Origin: Podarcis liolepis
Lineage: Eukaryota
Assembly: GCA_965112155.1 (NCBI GenBank)
Contig: OZ218106.1
Reading direction: 5' to 3' (one strand)
Length of the DNA: 64,000 bases
The notes beneath the pieces are model-generated. The model was not told the origin of the DNA and ran no database searches. It saw only the letters and a list, made by a program, of their open reading frames with translations. The position numbers were made by a program, and so were the translations under genes. The number at the start of each line of letters is the position of its first letter. Positions within the stretch are counted from its first letter, which is position 1. Positions 24,990 through 37,700 of the stretch are shown one piece after another.

Positions 24990-27037
24990 AGGATGTCATC
25001 AGGTTGCAGTTCACAGGGCTGCCAACAGGTGGTGGTGCAAACTACAGTGTGACAGCAAACTGGGATCTCAAAGCCACTGAGTCATCACATCAGAGTAAGA
25101 AGAAGGGAACCAGAGACCAGGACAACTCAGTGCCAGTGAGGCCAGCAAAAATGTGAGTGGGTATCCCAGGCTGGCAAGCAAATTGCCTGGTCACCCAGGC
25201 AGATTAGTTTCTTTGGCCAGCAAGTGAAGGTGCAGAGGGATAGCTTTGGTGAGATGCAAAGGGAAGAGGGTAGCATTGGCAAGGAATATGGGGATGGGGT
25301 GGCTATGGAGAGGAGTTAAAGGGATGGGTGGGTGGCTTTGATAAGGAGGTAGGTGAGAGCAAGGGTGCAGCCTCTAGTATTGCCATATTTTTGAGAGGCC
25401 TTGGGAATCATAACTCTCTTACTCATATTTCTGTATCCAAGCAGTTTATCTTTCCTGAAGAGATGTCAGGATCCAGTGTGCTTGAAGAAGGGTCAGATAT
25501 ATTGTTGAGAAAGAGCAATTCCATCTTTATTATTCCATTTTGAGCTCTGTTGTGAATCTCTGATCATCAAGTTATTAATCAGTTAATCAGACCAATAGCA
25601 TTCACGTGCCCAATTGTAACAGGAGCTATAAGGACATAATTACATTTACATATGAATAGTGGTGGGTTGTTGTTGTTTTTCAAAGTCTGCCTTATTTTTA
25701 ATACTACATCAGAAGTACTGCATTTTATCCCCAAAAGAACTCAGCATGGGGCTCTTCCTAAAAATTTCTTTTGATGACATTAATTAAAGAAAGGGAAAGT
25801 ACTTATACATAAAAGCCAGGAGCAATACAGGTCTGAAAGCTAATTCTGCTTGACTTGAGCTGGTGTGCAGCTTTCAAGATCAAGATCTAGGTGTTCGGTT
25901 TGATGCCACGTATTATTTCTATTATTTAGATCAAATTACACATTAGAGCTTTTTCCTACTGATAATTAAGTCATATATACATGCTAATTATTATCATTCT
26001 GCTCTTTTATGTGCCTGTAAGGCAGGATGGGTGCATTGATTAATGTTAGCTGTCATTTTAAAAAAATCTAAATTTGCATTCGTTAATCAAAACCTCTGAA
26101 CATTAAGGTTACAGTTGGATAGGACGTTGGTCTACCACAAGATAGATTGAGACAAAAAGGATGCTCTGCACGAGTATTACTGTGTTTTTCATTTCAGCAA
26201 AGCTTGTACAAGAGAATTTCCGGGTAATTAATGCCCTAGATAAGTGTCAGTGAGAGGGCTGTTGCAAGTGTGTGGCAGGGACCAGAGGCCAGGGGATTAA
26301 CCCAGGAGAGGGGGCCAGCAATTTATGGGATTTGGTGCTACCTGCGAGGCAGGAGCCAGGGCAGGAGGAAGTGGAATGTTCAGAGCCAGGGTGTGCAGGT
26401 TGTGCACCTGGAGCAAGAGGCTGTTCAGGTGAGGGATAGTCAAATACCTGCCATCCCCTGCCCCACTGTCTCCTAGAACCAGGACAGGCTTCCAGAGGGA
26501 AAAGCAGCAATGTCTTCCATGTAAGAAAAGCCTCAAGTTGCGCACATGCACCCCATCAGATGAGAGTACATTAGTTGGTGCATGGGGCTTGTCCCACTGT
26601 TACTGCAACTGCTTTGCAGGACACTGACCAGAGGACAGCTGCCAAGAGGGTAGCAACATTTGTGCATGAGTATCTGGGAACACCACGGGAGTTGCTGTAA
26701 TTGTGTGATTTTTCTCAATAAATAAGTATCAGACATGTTCCTTCCTTGGCTTGGGATGCCTAAGACAATAAGCCAAAACGTAGAGGGCTGACTTAAAGTG
26801 GAATTTTCTTTCATAAAGTAAGTTTTATGTTTAGCACTACTTAGTAAGTGGGTGTGGACACACACAATTTGACAGGAACTCTATACTGTTTTCATATTTA
26901 ATTGTGAATATGTGCAAAGTAGATATAGGGAGGGAGAAAGCAGAGTAGCTGTAACATGGGAAGTGTTTTGAGATATCCGTTTTCCCCACAGTTCTAGTGT
27001 TTGCATTTTTGCTACTAAATTATAAGGATCTGATCTT

Positions 27038-27968
27038 CATGGTTCCTCAACATCCTGGAAAAAAGTGACAAGTGGGGTGCCACAGGGTTCTGTCCTGGGC
27101 TCATTGTTATTTAACATCTTTATATATGACCTGGATGAAGGAATTGAGGGGATACTCTTCAAATTTGCAGATAACACCAAGCTGGGAGAGGTAGCTAATA
27201 TTGCAGAAGACAGAATCGGGATTCAAATTGATCTCAACACATTGGAGACCAGATTGGGCCAAAACTAACAAAAGAGGGACAAATTTTAGGTTCTTTACTT
27301 AGGCAGGAAGAACCAGCTGCACAAATATAAGATGGGGAACACCTGGCTTTGTAGTAGTAGTACATCTGAAAAGGATCTAGGGGTCTTAATATACCACAAA
27401 CTTAACATGAATAAACAGTGTGATGCAGCAGCAACAGAAGGGAAGTAATAGTACCTCCCTCTTCTGCCTTAGTCAGACCACACCTAAAGTTCTGTGTCCA
27501 GTTCTGGGCACCACAGTTTACGAAGGATAGATACTGACAAGCTGGAACAAGTGCAGAGGAAGGCAACCAAGATGATCAAAGGTCTGGAAACCAAGACTTA
27601 TGAGGGACGGTTGAAGGAGTTGGTATGTTTAGCCTGACTAAGAGGAGACTGAGAGGAGATATTATAACCAAATATCTAAAGGAGAATGGAACAAGCTTGT
27701 TTTCTCCTGGTCTGGAGGGTTGGACACAAACCAATGGCTTCCAGTTACAAGAAAGAAGATTCTGACTAAACATTAGGAAGAACTTTCTGACAGTAAGAGC
27801 TATTTGACAGCAGAATGGACTCCCTCAGAAGGTGGTGGGTTCTGCTTGAATGGAGGTTTTTAAGCGTAAGTTGGATGGCTTGGACGCTTTAGTCAAAATT
27901 TCAGCATTGCAGTGGTTTGGACTACATGACCCTCAGGATCCTTTCCATATCTACAGTTCAATGATTCT
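27038..27968 (+). mobile_element. CR1 LINE, 5'-truncated (RT domain to 3' tail)
   Basis: ORF 27065-27268 reads TSGVPQGSVLGSLLFNIFIYDLDEGIEGILFKFADNTKLG (RT motifs, degenerate FADD). Downstream [20 protein letters not shown] and KLEQVQRKATKMIKGLE occur in broken frames. The 3' end is gaccctcaggatcctttcc...tgattctat. Confidence 0.95.
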
Positions 27969-28022
27969 ATTATTCTGTTCTCCTTTTTTAAAAACTTTAA
28001 TTCAGTGTAATAATACTAACAT

Positions 28023-28053
<31 letters not shown>

Positions 28054-29784
28054 TCAGATTTCTTTGGAGAAATGTTGGTTGGCAGCGTTCTCAGAACAGA
28101 TTTACATAGGAATCATATAATATAAGTATTCTTTGGTGGGAATACTTTGTTGTATGGGGATACTTTGTTGCATCACTGGGTCCCATGCTAGAGAAAGATG
28201 TGACAAGGGCACATTTCTGCAGCCATTTCTGCCCATGCTTAGAAAGCACACAACTGGCTATAGCCTTAGGGGTGGGGTAGGAGGAAAGTAGTGAGTCTAA
28301 TATGCCAAGCAAAAATATTTTTAAATCACTGTAAGTTATTTTGTGGATAGTGCTGGAATCAGATTTGTAGATGGAGCTGATCTTGTTTTTCAATAAAAAA
28401 CAAGGGAGGAGATTTACAGCAAGAATTACTGCAGAGATGTCAAATACTGTGAGATCAGTTTGGGGCTTTAGTAAGGCTCTGCTGCAGGGAGCATGTACAT
28501 GTATTGAAATCTTGCTGTAATCAGACAGTAGCTGAGCACATGATTACGGAGCAAAAGAATAAAGAAAAAGCAGGAAAGTGCCTCTTTTTAATTTGCCCAT
28601 GTAAGACCTACATAAAATCTTTATGGAGTTTTGAAAATTTTTGAGGAACTGTTTATAGCAGTCGTTGGATTTTGTACATTAATTGTAAAATCCATTTTTA
28701 TGTGTTAAACTGTTTCTGTGAGATAACACTGCCAGTTGTTTCTTCATAGTCCTCTTACAAACACAACAGAAATAGGTTTAGAGATGATTTTGAGAACCAG
28801 CTGTATCCATCAGTTTGGCCATTCAGGTTAACCCTTTCCCCTGTAACTTTCATGGCAGCTGGTCACAAAGGTTGGGTAGCAGAGCTGATAACTTTTCTTC
28901 ATTGGTTGTGGCAGGGTTTTGTTGGGTCACAAGACAAGCTTCAATGTACTCACACAGCAATAATCTAAATATAAATTCACAATGTCAGGCTTTATTATAT
29001 TTAAGTGTTAGAAATTGCAAGTTAGAATTCTAATAAAACTCTGCTCTTTTCAGTCTCTGTATCCATCCCACCTGCAACACATTTTCTAATAATTGCCCCC
29101 AGTTAATCCTATTATGCAAGCTTAATTTTTGCCAACTGAGAGCCTCTTCACACAATGCAATTTTCATACATAAGTCAGTTCAATGAGAAAAATCATGCAT
29201 GCCCACTCGGACAACACAAATGGGTGTGCTTGGCTTGGGATTCTTTTTACATGACACAGCTGCATTGAGTGAGTCATCTGAAGTTATTTGCTACTCTGGC
29301 AGCATATTGTGTTGCAGATCCTTAACTATGGCACAGTACAATTTTCTGTGAGTAGTTGTTACAATATGCTCTGACTTTTTCAAAGGATCAGGATAAATGG
29401 CCTATGTATGATTCAAATCTCCAGGAGTCTGTAATTTGGAAATCTAGAGCATCAGGATATATATGCAATAAAAATGCTTGCAGAGTTATTGAAAATCTAC
29501 TTAGTAAGTATATTTTTGAAACTGGGAATTCTGTTAGCTTTCTCTTACATGAAACATAAAATAAGGAAGGGGTTTTTTTACCTGTTACAGAAGTACTTCA
29601 TATATTTATCAATGATAGGAAAGTACTTTATTTTCAAATTTACTGAAATATGCACAGTATTGTGCATATATTTAATGCATTATTATTATTATATTTATAT
29701 ATACATATATACTCAGAACATTGCTATGGCTAGTGGCTGATGCAAATAAAGTATTTTCTATCTACTTAGAAGTAATCCTTAGCT

Positions 29785-29861
29785 TGCAATCCTAAAGTCA
29801 CTTAACTGGTGAAAGTAAGTTCCATTGAACTCAATATGACTAACCTGAACATAGGATTGCA
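29785..29861. mobile_element. Short palindromic MITE-like repeat
   Basis: Perfect 10-bp terminal inverted repeat tgcaatccta / taggattgca with central attgaactcaat. Related decayed copies near 19480-19535, 41663-41720, 42996-43060, 43775-43830 and 48155-48225. Confidence 0.6.
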
Positions 29862-32569
29862 CTATTATACAATTGTGATTGTAGAATAGTTTAGCCAATC
29901 TGAAACAAACAAACAAACAATCCAAGCTATGTTATGTACGTGTCTAAAAGGGAATACATTTTTGTTGCAAAATGTCAGTGTGTGCCAAAGTGTTTTGTTT
30001 TCCTTGAACCGTAAGTGTACATCTTCAGTCTGGTTTTTCATATTATTAATCCTCTCAGCACCTTTCTACTAAATCCTTGGAAATTACCAGTGAACTTTGG
30101 GCTAGAAACTCTATCTTCTGTCCCGCTAATCTAACCCCTAGAGCCAGTGCTATATCAACATCATTCTCAGTTGCATTAAGTAACCTATCCTTTTTTCACA
30201 CATGTCTCATTTAGGCCAACAGAGATAAAATGGAAATTCTGTTTTATGCCCCATAGTGTGGTCCACATGGGAAATGAAGAGTTGATAAGCGTACATTCAG
30301 TTCACTTACTTAAGTGATAATTAAAACAGGAGAAACAAAACACAGAAGGAGCCATGGAATGAAATTGTCAGTCTGAAAATCCAGGCAGAATTGCATATAG
30401 ATAGTTCACAAGAACCTTGATAGCAGACCCATCTCTGCTCTCTTGGGTTTAATTTGGAACTGGAAGGAAAAAGAGGAAATCTTGCACTACTACCAATTAG
30501 GTTAATATGGTTTGGAGACTTCACTTACAATCACCAACTTTGAGGAGAAAACTTCATGTGGCAGTGTTTGCAATAGTTAGAGCGTTGTTGTTGTTGTTTT
30601 GTTGATGGTGATATTGTTTTGTTGTTACTTTAAGATTATTTAGATGTTTAGAAAAAAGTAGTTTGCTTCTATAAAACTGAAAGTTCATCGTAATGAATAC
30701 AGGAGGTGGGGTCTCTTAAAATTCCCTAAAACTTAGAAGTACCCAGCCTGGGGGTTGCTCCTCAGTTAGTCCAAACAAACATTTAGTACATGTTCACCCA
30801 GGAAAAATGTTTATTGCCATACGTGGTGAATAATGCTGAGTGTCATTTTTTGGCAAGGTCTTCATCTCCAAAAGATAGATAATAGGTAGTAGACCTGCAA
30901 CATTCATATGGTTTTGCATGCGATCACAATTTATATAAAAGGACAAGCTCAGCCATGCAAAAATATTAAGCAACCTGCTTAAAGCAGCGCCAGCAAGGAG
31001 ACAAGACAAGATGTAGAATGTTTTGTGTGATCATGCACATCTCCAGTACAGAGTCCTCTGTGTGCTGCTATCCCAGCTGCCATAGCCGCACATCCAGCCC
31101 ATGCTTCATTTGGACACAGTGTACTCTCAAGCATAGCACCCCATTCTTATACTATCCAATGTACAGAGAAATGAATAAGAAACTGGGGTTTTGCACCCTA
31201 CAATAAACCTTGGACTACGCCAATTCATATACCCAAATCTCCAGAAAATAGCCTCTATTAAATGTCAGAGCAATTTAAGTCAACCTTGCTACTCACTTAA
31301 AACTTTTAAAATCTGCAATATTGCATCAATACCTTCTCGGCAATCATGAGGCAGGTAAAACACTATTTGCAATTTTGAACTGTTGTTATAAATGTTCCAT
31401 TATTATTAATAATAATTATGTCATCAAAATCTTTACAAGGCAGTGTCAGAAAAGAGTGGAAATGCTGTCTTGGCAGCTAAAGTTGTCTAGACACGCCAGG
31501 ACAACTGTAACAGCGGCATTCTAATATAAAAGAATTACCCAGCCTCCCTGCACAACTTCCTGAAGAGACCGCCAGAAAGCCACATGCTGCTACTATAAGA
31601 ATACCTTCTCCCTTGCTGAAAAATAGTCTGATGAAGTAGCAATTACGAATAGCAGGGAAGGTATTGTGTACCTGCATGCTTGGACATTTTCTATTTTGTC
31701 CCTTTGTAAATGCACAGAAAACATAATGAGGCATGGACAGCTTTTTATGCATTGATTCCATGGCTTGAATCCAGTAGCCTGATACACCATCAGGTATATG
31801 TTGGGAAGGGGGGAGGAACAGTTTCTGCTTTTCTCTTGTGTGTTTTCCCCTCACTCATTTATTTTAGCACCATTCTTCCACTATGTTCATCTATAAAACC
31901 AACTTATACAATTATTTAATTTAATTATGGAAATAATACTTTTTATCACCTTACTGTGGATGTAAGTGCCACTTGATTCCAGCAGTAATGATTTCTTCTT
32001 TTTGTATTTGTCAAGGTCTGTATAAATGGGGAGAAAGAAAATTAAAAGCAAGAAATCTGGGCAAGAGTGCCTTTTTTATTAATGCGCTTTTGTATAGAAT
32101 TCGAGTTCTGTGACTGAACCTTTCATAAAGCTACTCCAAGGACAGAAAGATTGATCTAGATGCATCATTTGTAGCTTAATGAGTCCACTAGATTTATTGA
32201 TCAGGACCACATAGCCACTTGCTCAATATAGGCACCATCCAGCTTTTCATCCTGCAGAGTAGCAGAGTCACTAGCCACATATGGACATTCAAATAACATG
32301 TAGGGGAATAAAGCAGGTGCCGTACCCTTCCCTCAACATCTCAGTGCATGTCAGCACCACCAGCTCCACTCATTGACATTCCTGCATTTACCAGGACAGT
32401 TTGAAGGGGAGTTCTAGGCACTTTTGATAGAATGTGCATAGAAGCACCCCTGAGGCTGGCGATCCAATGTGATAATGATTCCCAGTCTCAGGTAGGACTT
32501 TTAACCACATTCATCTGAATGCACAAAGGATCCCCCTTCATATCTTCCACCCAGTGTGGAGGTCTGCCG

Positions 32570-32633
32570 TGTGCATTGCAAGGGATTGGATTAGATGACC
32601 CTCAGGGTCCCTTCCAGTTCTACAGATCTATGA
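32570..32633 (+). mobile_element. CR1 extreme 3' end
   Basis: cattgcaagggattggattagatgaccctcagggtcccttccagttctacagatctatga, homologous to 27905-27968 and 3165-3232. Confidence 0.7.
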
Positions 32634-32769
32634 GGCTGTAGCTGAAGGAGATGTGAGGCAAACATGTGTTTCCCCAACTTCTCCCCCAACATATTTTCAG
32701 GTGAATGCCTGAATAGGACTACCAATGCGCAAACTATGCTCAGCAGTCCCAAAGATAACAGTAATGGCA

Positions 32770-32856
32770 ATGTAGGAAGCTGCCTTATACTGAGTCAAAC
32801 CATCGGTCCCTTTAGATTAGTGTTCTCTACACTGGCGGGCAGCAGCTCTCCAGGAA
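32770..32856 (-). mobile_element. CR1-type 3' UTR fragment
   Basis: taggaagctgccttatactgagtcaaaccatcggtcc...ctacactgg...cagcagctctccagg. A similar remnant lies at 16630-16700. Family assignment is from recall. Confidence 0.5.
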
Positions 32857-33025
32857 ATTTTGCCTTGGATATATCGCTATTTCATGATTTCTCTCTTGTC
32901 GCCTTTTGAACTCTTGCAACTTTTCATACAAAATCATTTTCTGTTGTCTGTCCCCCTACCATATTTTTTCACTGGTTCATGATGTCCCCAATCCTGTGAG
33001 ATGTGATAGTTACAGGATTCTGCTA

Positions 33026-33207
33026 AAAGGTGAAGGTAAAGGACCCCTGACAGTTAAGTCCAGTTGTGAATGACTCTGGGGTTGTGGAACTCATCTTGCT
33101 TTAATGGCCCAGGGAGCCAACGTTTGTCCGCAGACAGTTTTTCCGGGTCATGTGGCCAGCATGACTTAGCCGCTTCTGGCAAAACCAGAGCAGCGCACGG
33201 AAACGCC
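33026..33207 (-). mobile_element. Sauria SINE, 5'-truncated
   Basis: aaaggtgaaggtaaaggacccctgacagttaagtccag...gcgcacggaaacgcc aligns directly with 9398-9580. Confidence 0.88.
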
Positions 33208-33542
33208 AACCTCCTTCTAAAACCTCTTGTTTTATTAGCTAATTTTAAACTTAAAAGCTACATATAAAAGTATTATCTGCTATTCTTCTTAGGTGCAATC
33301 ATTATTACTTTTTTAAGGAAATAGAACATGGCAAGAGAAACGAAAGCTTCCACTTTATATAGCTGCCAATCACTCACACTTATAATGAGGTTAAGTCATG
33401 CATTGACTGGTATAGCTACCTTTAATCACTATCTGTGCATTTAGTAGAGAATAAAGTTAATGTGTCTTTGAAGGCAAAAAGCAAGTGGAATATTTTTTTG
33501 CGGATAGCATCTGAATATAGATCTTAATGTAGAACTGCAATA

Positions 33543-33952
33543 TATTTATTTTATTTGACACTATATACCACTTGATTGTAAGAAAACTTTAAGCAGTTTA
33601 TATAAAATATATAAAAACATTAAAATTCTTAATGAAAACAGCAAAATATATATTTTAAATATATTCAAAAGATGATTAAAGAGAGATAAGAATGCACGTA
33701 ACTTCTACATGCTTGGATAGACTTGCTTAAATGAAAATATTCTAAGCAGGTGTCAGGGTGAAGGTGGCTGCCTGATTTCAATAGGCAGGGAGTTCCAAAG
33801 TGTAGGTGCTGCCACACTAAAACATCAGTTTCTTATAACAGAGAAACTTATTACATGGGAGCTGTAATATTGCCAGGTCCACAGATCAAAGCAGTCAAGT
33901 GAGTAAATATGGGGTAAGGCAATCATTCAAGTAAACAGCACCCAAGTTCCAA
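33543..33952 (-). mobile_element. Old L2-type LINE 3' portion
   Basis: ggcagggagttccaaagtgtaggtgctgccacactaaaa is the reverse complement of FSVAAPTLWNSLP. A-rich UTR and (TATT)n tail at the left end. Confidence 0.65.
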
Positions 33953-34087
33953 ATTCAAAAGTGCTTAAAGATCTAACTTTTAAATGTCATTATAAATCAT
34001 TGCTTCATAATGTGTTGAATATGAAAAATTTTGACATTATAGTTGAGATCCTAAAAATTCTTAACATGGAAGTGTCACTGAAATAAA

Positions 34088-34186
34088 TGAAGAAGTGTGA
34101 AGAAGTGTGCATGCACACGAAAGCTCATACCAAGAACTAACTTAGTTGGTCTTTAAGGTGCCACTGGAAGGAATTTTTTTATTTTG
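34088..34186 (+). mobile_element. Penelope-like element terminal-repeat fragment
   Basis: tgaagaagtgtgcatgcacacgaaagctcatacc...ttagttggtctttaaggtgccactgg has the architecture of reptile Penelope pLTR ends (recall). It contains TGAAGA-hairpin-GAAA. Confidence 0.65.
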
Positions 34187-35091
34187 AAATAAATGAGTTT
34201 GCTTCCCTTCCCTTCCCTTCCACACTAGGTTTCCAAGGCCCAAGTTATACACGGGGTGAAAGATGTTGACATATGCACATTGTGATTTATCTTGTGTCTT
34301 TAAGAATTCCATATATTTTGCTTTCCTCTTTTGCAGTGTCACATACACATTACACTCGAACAAATAATATTTGTGCACGTAAAAACCCAGTAAATAGCTG
34401 CCTATTTTTTGCCAGTATCCACAGCTGTGTTGTGCACTGTCTATTCTACAGTAACAGGGAATAATTTATTTTATGTGTCTTTTATAGTATAGTTAAATCA
34501 CTTACTGAAATAAAAGTCTACTTTGCAGTGAGTCAGCATTGCTTCTAGATAAATTTGTTATTAGTAAGTAACACAACACAACAAAACATAACAAAAGACC
34601 ATTGTGCTGCCTGCTGGTATGGAATACTGATAGTTTACTGTAATCCCCATATGAATTCTGAAATATTGATGTACTGTAGCAGCTACAGAAGAGCCTAGGG
34701 TTATTACAGCATGATCCACCTGTGTGCTACAAGTATGATAACTTTCCAAAATAACAAAGGGCAGAACGGAACCTGATGTAGTTGAAGGCCTGTTCAGAAT
34801 TTCAAATATAGGAATTCTAGAGAATGAAAAAGGGAAAACTTTATTAGGTCATCTTGTGCATCCCCCTGTTAGTGTGGGATTGTATATTACACCTTTATGC
34901 TGTATTTTTGTAGGTTTCCCTGAAGAAGTTTTTGATATGAGTAATAGAGGGGGAGTCATTTTTACAGAATTTTACAACTAGACTGTTGGCAGGTGATAGC
35001 AGCAGCAACCCTGAGAATCACTGCAAGATAGTTTATGTGATAGTTTATTTTGGTACTGTCTAAACTTCTCATCACAGATATAGATGGTATC

Positions 35092-35094
<3 letters not shown>

Positions 35095-35142
<48 letters not shown>

Positions 35143-35161
35143 TCACTCTCTCACACACACC
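35095..35161. repeat. (TC)n/(CA)n compound microsatellite
   Basis: Read directly. Confidence 0.95.
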
Positions 35162-35354
35162 ATTGTTTATATGATGACAGTATAACATCTTATCCAAACA
35201 TAATTAACAGCAAATATTACAGAAAGCATTCTAGAAATCAAAGTGTTAGAACATGTAAGAAACAATTACAAATCTCATGTTCTCTAGCACTATGCATTCC
35301 TTGCCATTCCATTGCCCTTTATAATTAATTGTATAAGTAATGGAATGATGAACA

Positions 35355-35520
35355 TAAACCTGGGAGACTTGAATTTAAGTCTCATTTCAGCCATATGGGA
35401 TGACAGGGTAGGCCAGTGTCTTATCAGATTTCCTTAGAGAGGGAATAATAGTAATCTACCTTTCAAAATTTCAAGGAAGATGATAAAGATAAGATCCTAT
35501 GCAAAGGACAAATATATGAA
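35355..35520 (+). mobile_element. Very old MIR/CORE-like SINE remnant
   Basis: Degenerate B box (gacttgaatttaagtctc) and core-like gggaataatagtaatctacctttca. Confidence 0.3.
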
Positions 35521-35845
35521 GTCATTATTCTGAATGAATAAGAAAATGAATAAGAAAAGGCACTCAATTTCCACAGAGCTTTATGCTTTATGTGTGATAA
35601 TAGTCTGATCACTGGGTTTTACATACACTCAACCCAAATGATAAGCTGCACATGCTTAAATGTACCTGGGGGGTGTAATATACTAGCAGTTGGACTTTTC
35701 TTAAAGAAAGATTGTTAACTAGGATTGCATCTTTGAAGACTTAATAAGCTTTAGAAAAGATAAACCACCTTTCCAACTTCCCATGTTCTCCTAGGAAGAC
35801 TCAGCCCATGAGCTTTCTGTGTCTATACAAACCAAGAGCTATATT

Positions 35846-35904
35846 CTTGTTTCTGATGTATTTTAGAAGAGTTATATTCTCTTATAAAATACATCAGAAA
35901 CAAG
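35846..35904. repeat. Near-perfect palindrome / hairpin
   Basis: 20-bp perfect stem (35846-35865 with 35885-35904), one mismatch, a further 5-bp stem and a 7-nt loop. Confidence 0.92.
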
Positions 35905-37074
35905 TGACTCACATCACGCCTTCCAACTTCAAGATGATGGAACACACTTGAGTGAAGTCAATACCAAGAGGATCAGTCAATGACTAGGAAGAGCATTGTT
36001 AACAGGCATTGTTTCAGGCAGAAGATTCCTGAATAGAGTGCAATATTCTGAGCTCACTCTTTCTCCTTTAAGAATATTATCTGTTTTTCTCCTTTAAGAA
36101 TATCCTCTTTTTTCCAGAGCTAGTTTGGCACCAATGTATAAAAGTAGAGAGAAATCATTCTCCTATCCTCTCTGTCAGAATTACCCACAAGAGGACAAGT
36201 AAAATGACACAGTATTAGGCTCTAAGTTAGTGATTGTGGTGACTTCACATTATGTTCCAAGAAAGGCAGTTCTCCCATCAGTTGCAAAAACATTCAGTGT
36301 ATGAGTGATTAAGCAAAATTGCTTAAGATCCCTGTGCTGTAATATGGAGACTCTCACACTCTTCTTTATTCATTTGTTAATTACACTGGTGTCTGTCTAC
36401 AAGTATCACAGGAAAAATATACCCTAAGTGACTTGTACAGCTTCAGACAATACACAGTGAGAATGTCGTTAGTTGGTGTCAGTAGTTTTTTGTTTCTAAC
36501 CCTGAGATCACTTCTCATGACCACACAACCTTCTGCTCATTTATTCTTTTAACCTTATGGTCACTCACAACTCAGCAGGCAACAAAATTCATCTGAATTC
36601 TGTTTAGATGATGGCCTTGAGTGACGTCCTGTAGTGCTATGACTAATGCAAAATGAGTAGACTGACTCAATCCACTTCCCCAAATTCATGTCACACAGAA
36701 CACCAACAGAGCTAGCATTAATTATCACTCTAGTTGGCAATATCAGGAGGGAGGCCAAGGACTAAATAAGTGTGGCAATTAAATTACACACTTTTGATGC
36801 TGTACCTCCAAAATAAAATGATAAGAGAGATATTTTTGCTGCTTCTCTTTATAATACCTGCCCTATGCTGGGTGCTTTTCCACTCTGCTTGATTCAAGCT
36901 TTTATGAGATTGCAAGAAAGAAAGACCCTATAAGACTTTTGTTAGTTAGATAAAGAGTCACACAGAAACTTCATACTGTATCATAATTATTATATTCAGT
37001 GAAATCCAAACAAAAATGTAGGGCTGCTTCACACAAAAGTGATAAAGTTATTAGAACCATTCAGCCATAGATCC

Positions 37075-37700
37075 TCTGTACTGCTATCATTCAAGTTTGG
37101 TTTACTTTTCCTTGTTCAGCCCACCACAGTATCCAGGCACTGGTTTGGCGTCTCCTTGGCTTCTTTTGATTTGGATGTTACCGCAAAAGAGAGCAGGGTG
37201 TCATCAGCAAACTGATGGCACCTTGCCCCACTGCTTTGTGGAGGAAGGGAGGGACCCAAAGCCTGTACCACAGAGCTGTTCCAGGAGAATACAGTTTCTG
37301 TGCTATCAAAAGCTGCAGAGAGATCAAGGAGGAGGAGCAAGGTCACATGCCCTGGTCTCATTCTTGATAAACATCATCCGTCGGGGTGACCAAGGCCAAT
37401 TCAGTCCCACAGCCAAGCTGAACCCAAATTGGAATGGGATCTGATAATCCATTTTATCCCGGAATGCCTGCAGTGCCTCCACAACCCACTCCACAATGTC
37501 CCCTAAAAAGGAAATATTTGTGACTGGTCAGTAGTTATTTCAAACCAACATGTTCAGGGCTGGCTACACCACCATATTTTTTTCAGTGCAACAGGAACCT
37601 CTGCCTCATGCAATGAAATACTAACCACTTTCTGGATCCAACCAGTCAAGCCACCTCTGGTAGATGTTGCTCAGTTGCCAGGGCTTTGCAACCAAAAACC
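37075..37700 (-). mobile_element. L2-clade LINE reverse-transcriptase fragment, internally deleted
   Basis: ORF 37116-37361 contains LLLLLDLSAAFD and FADDT. Upstream remnants resemble LQAF.D..DY..PFQ.GF. Confidence 0.8.

Noticed and set aside
27065-27268. Reverse-transcriptase-like ORF as a host gene or retron-type system
   Set aside because: It is part of a truncated, frameshifted CR1 LINE with a typical 3' tail.
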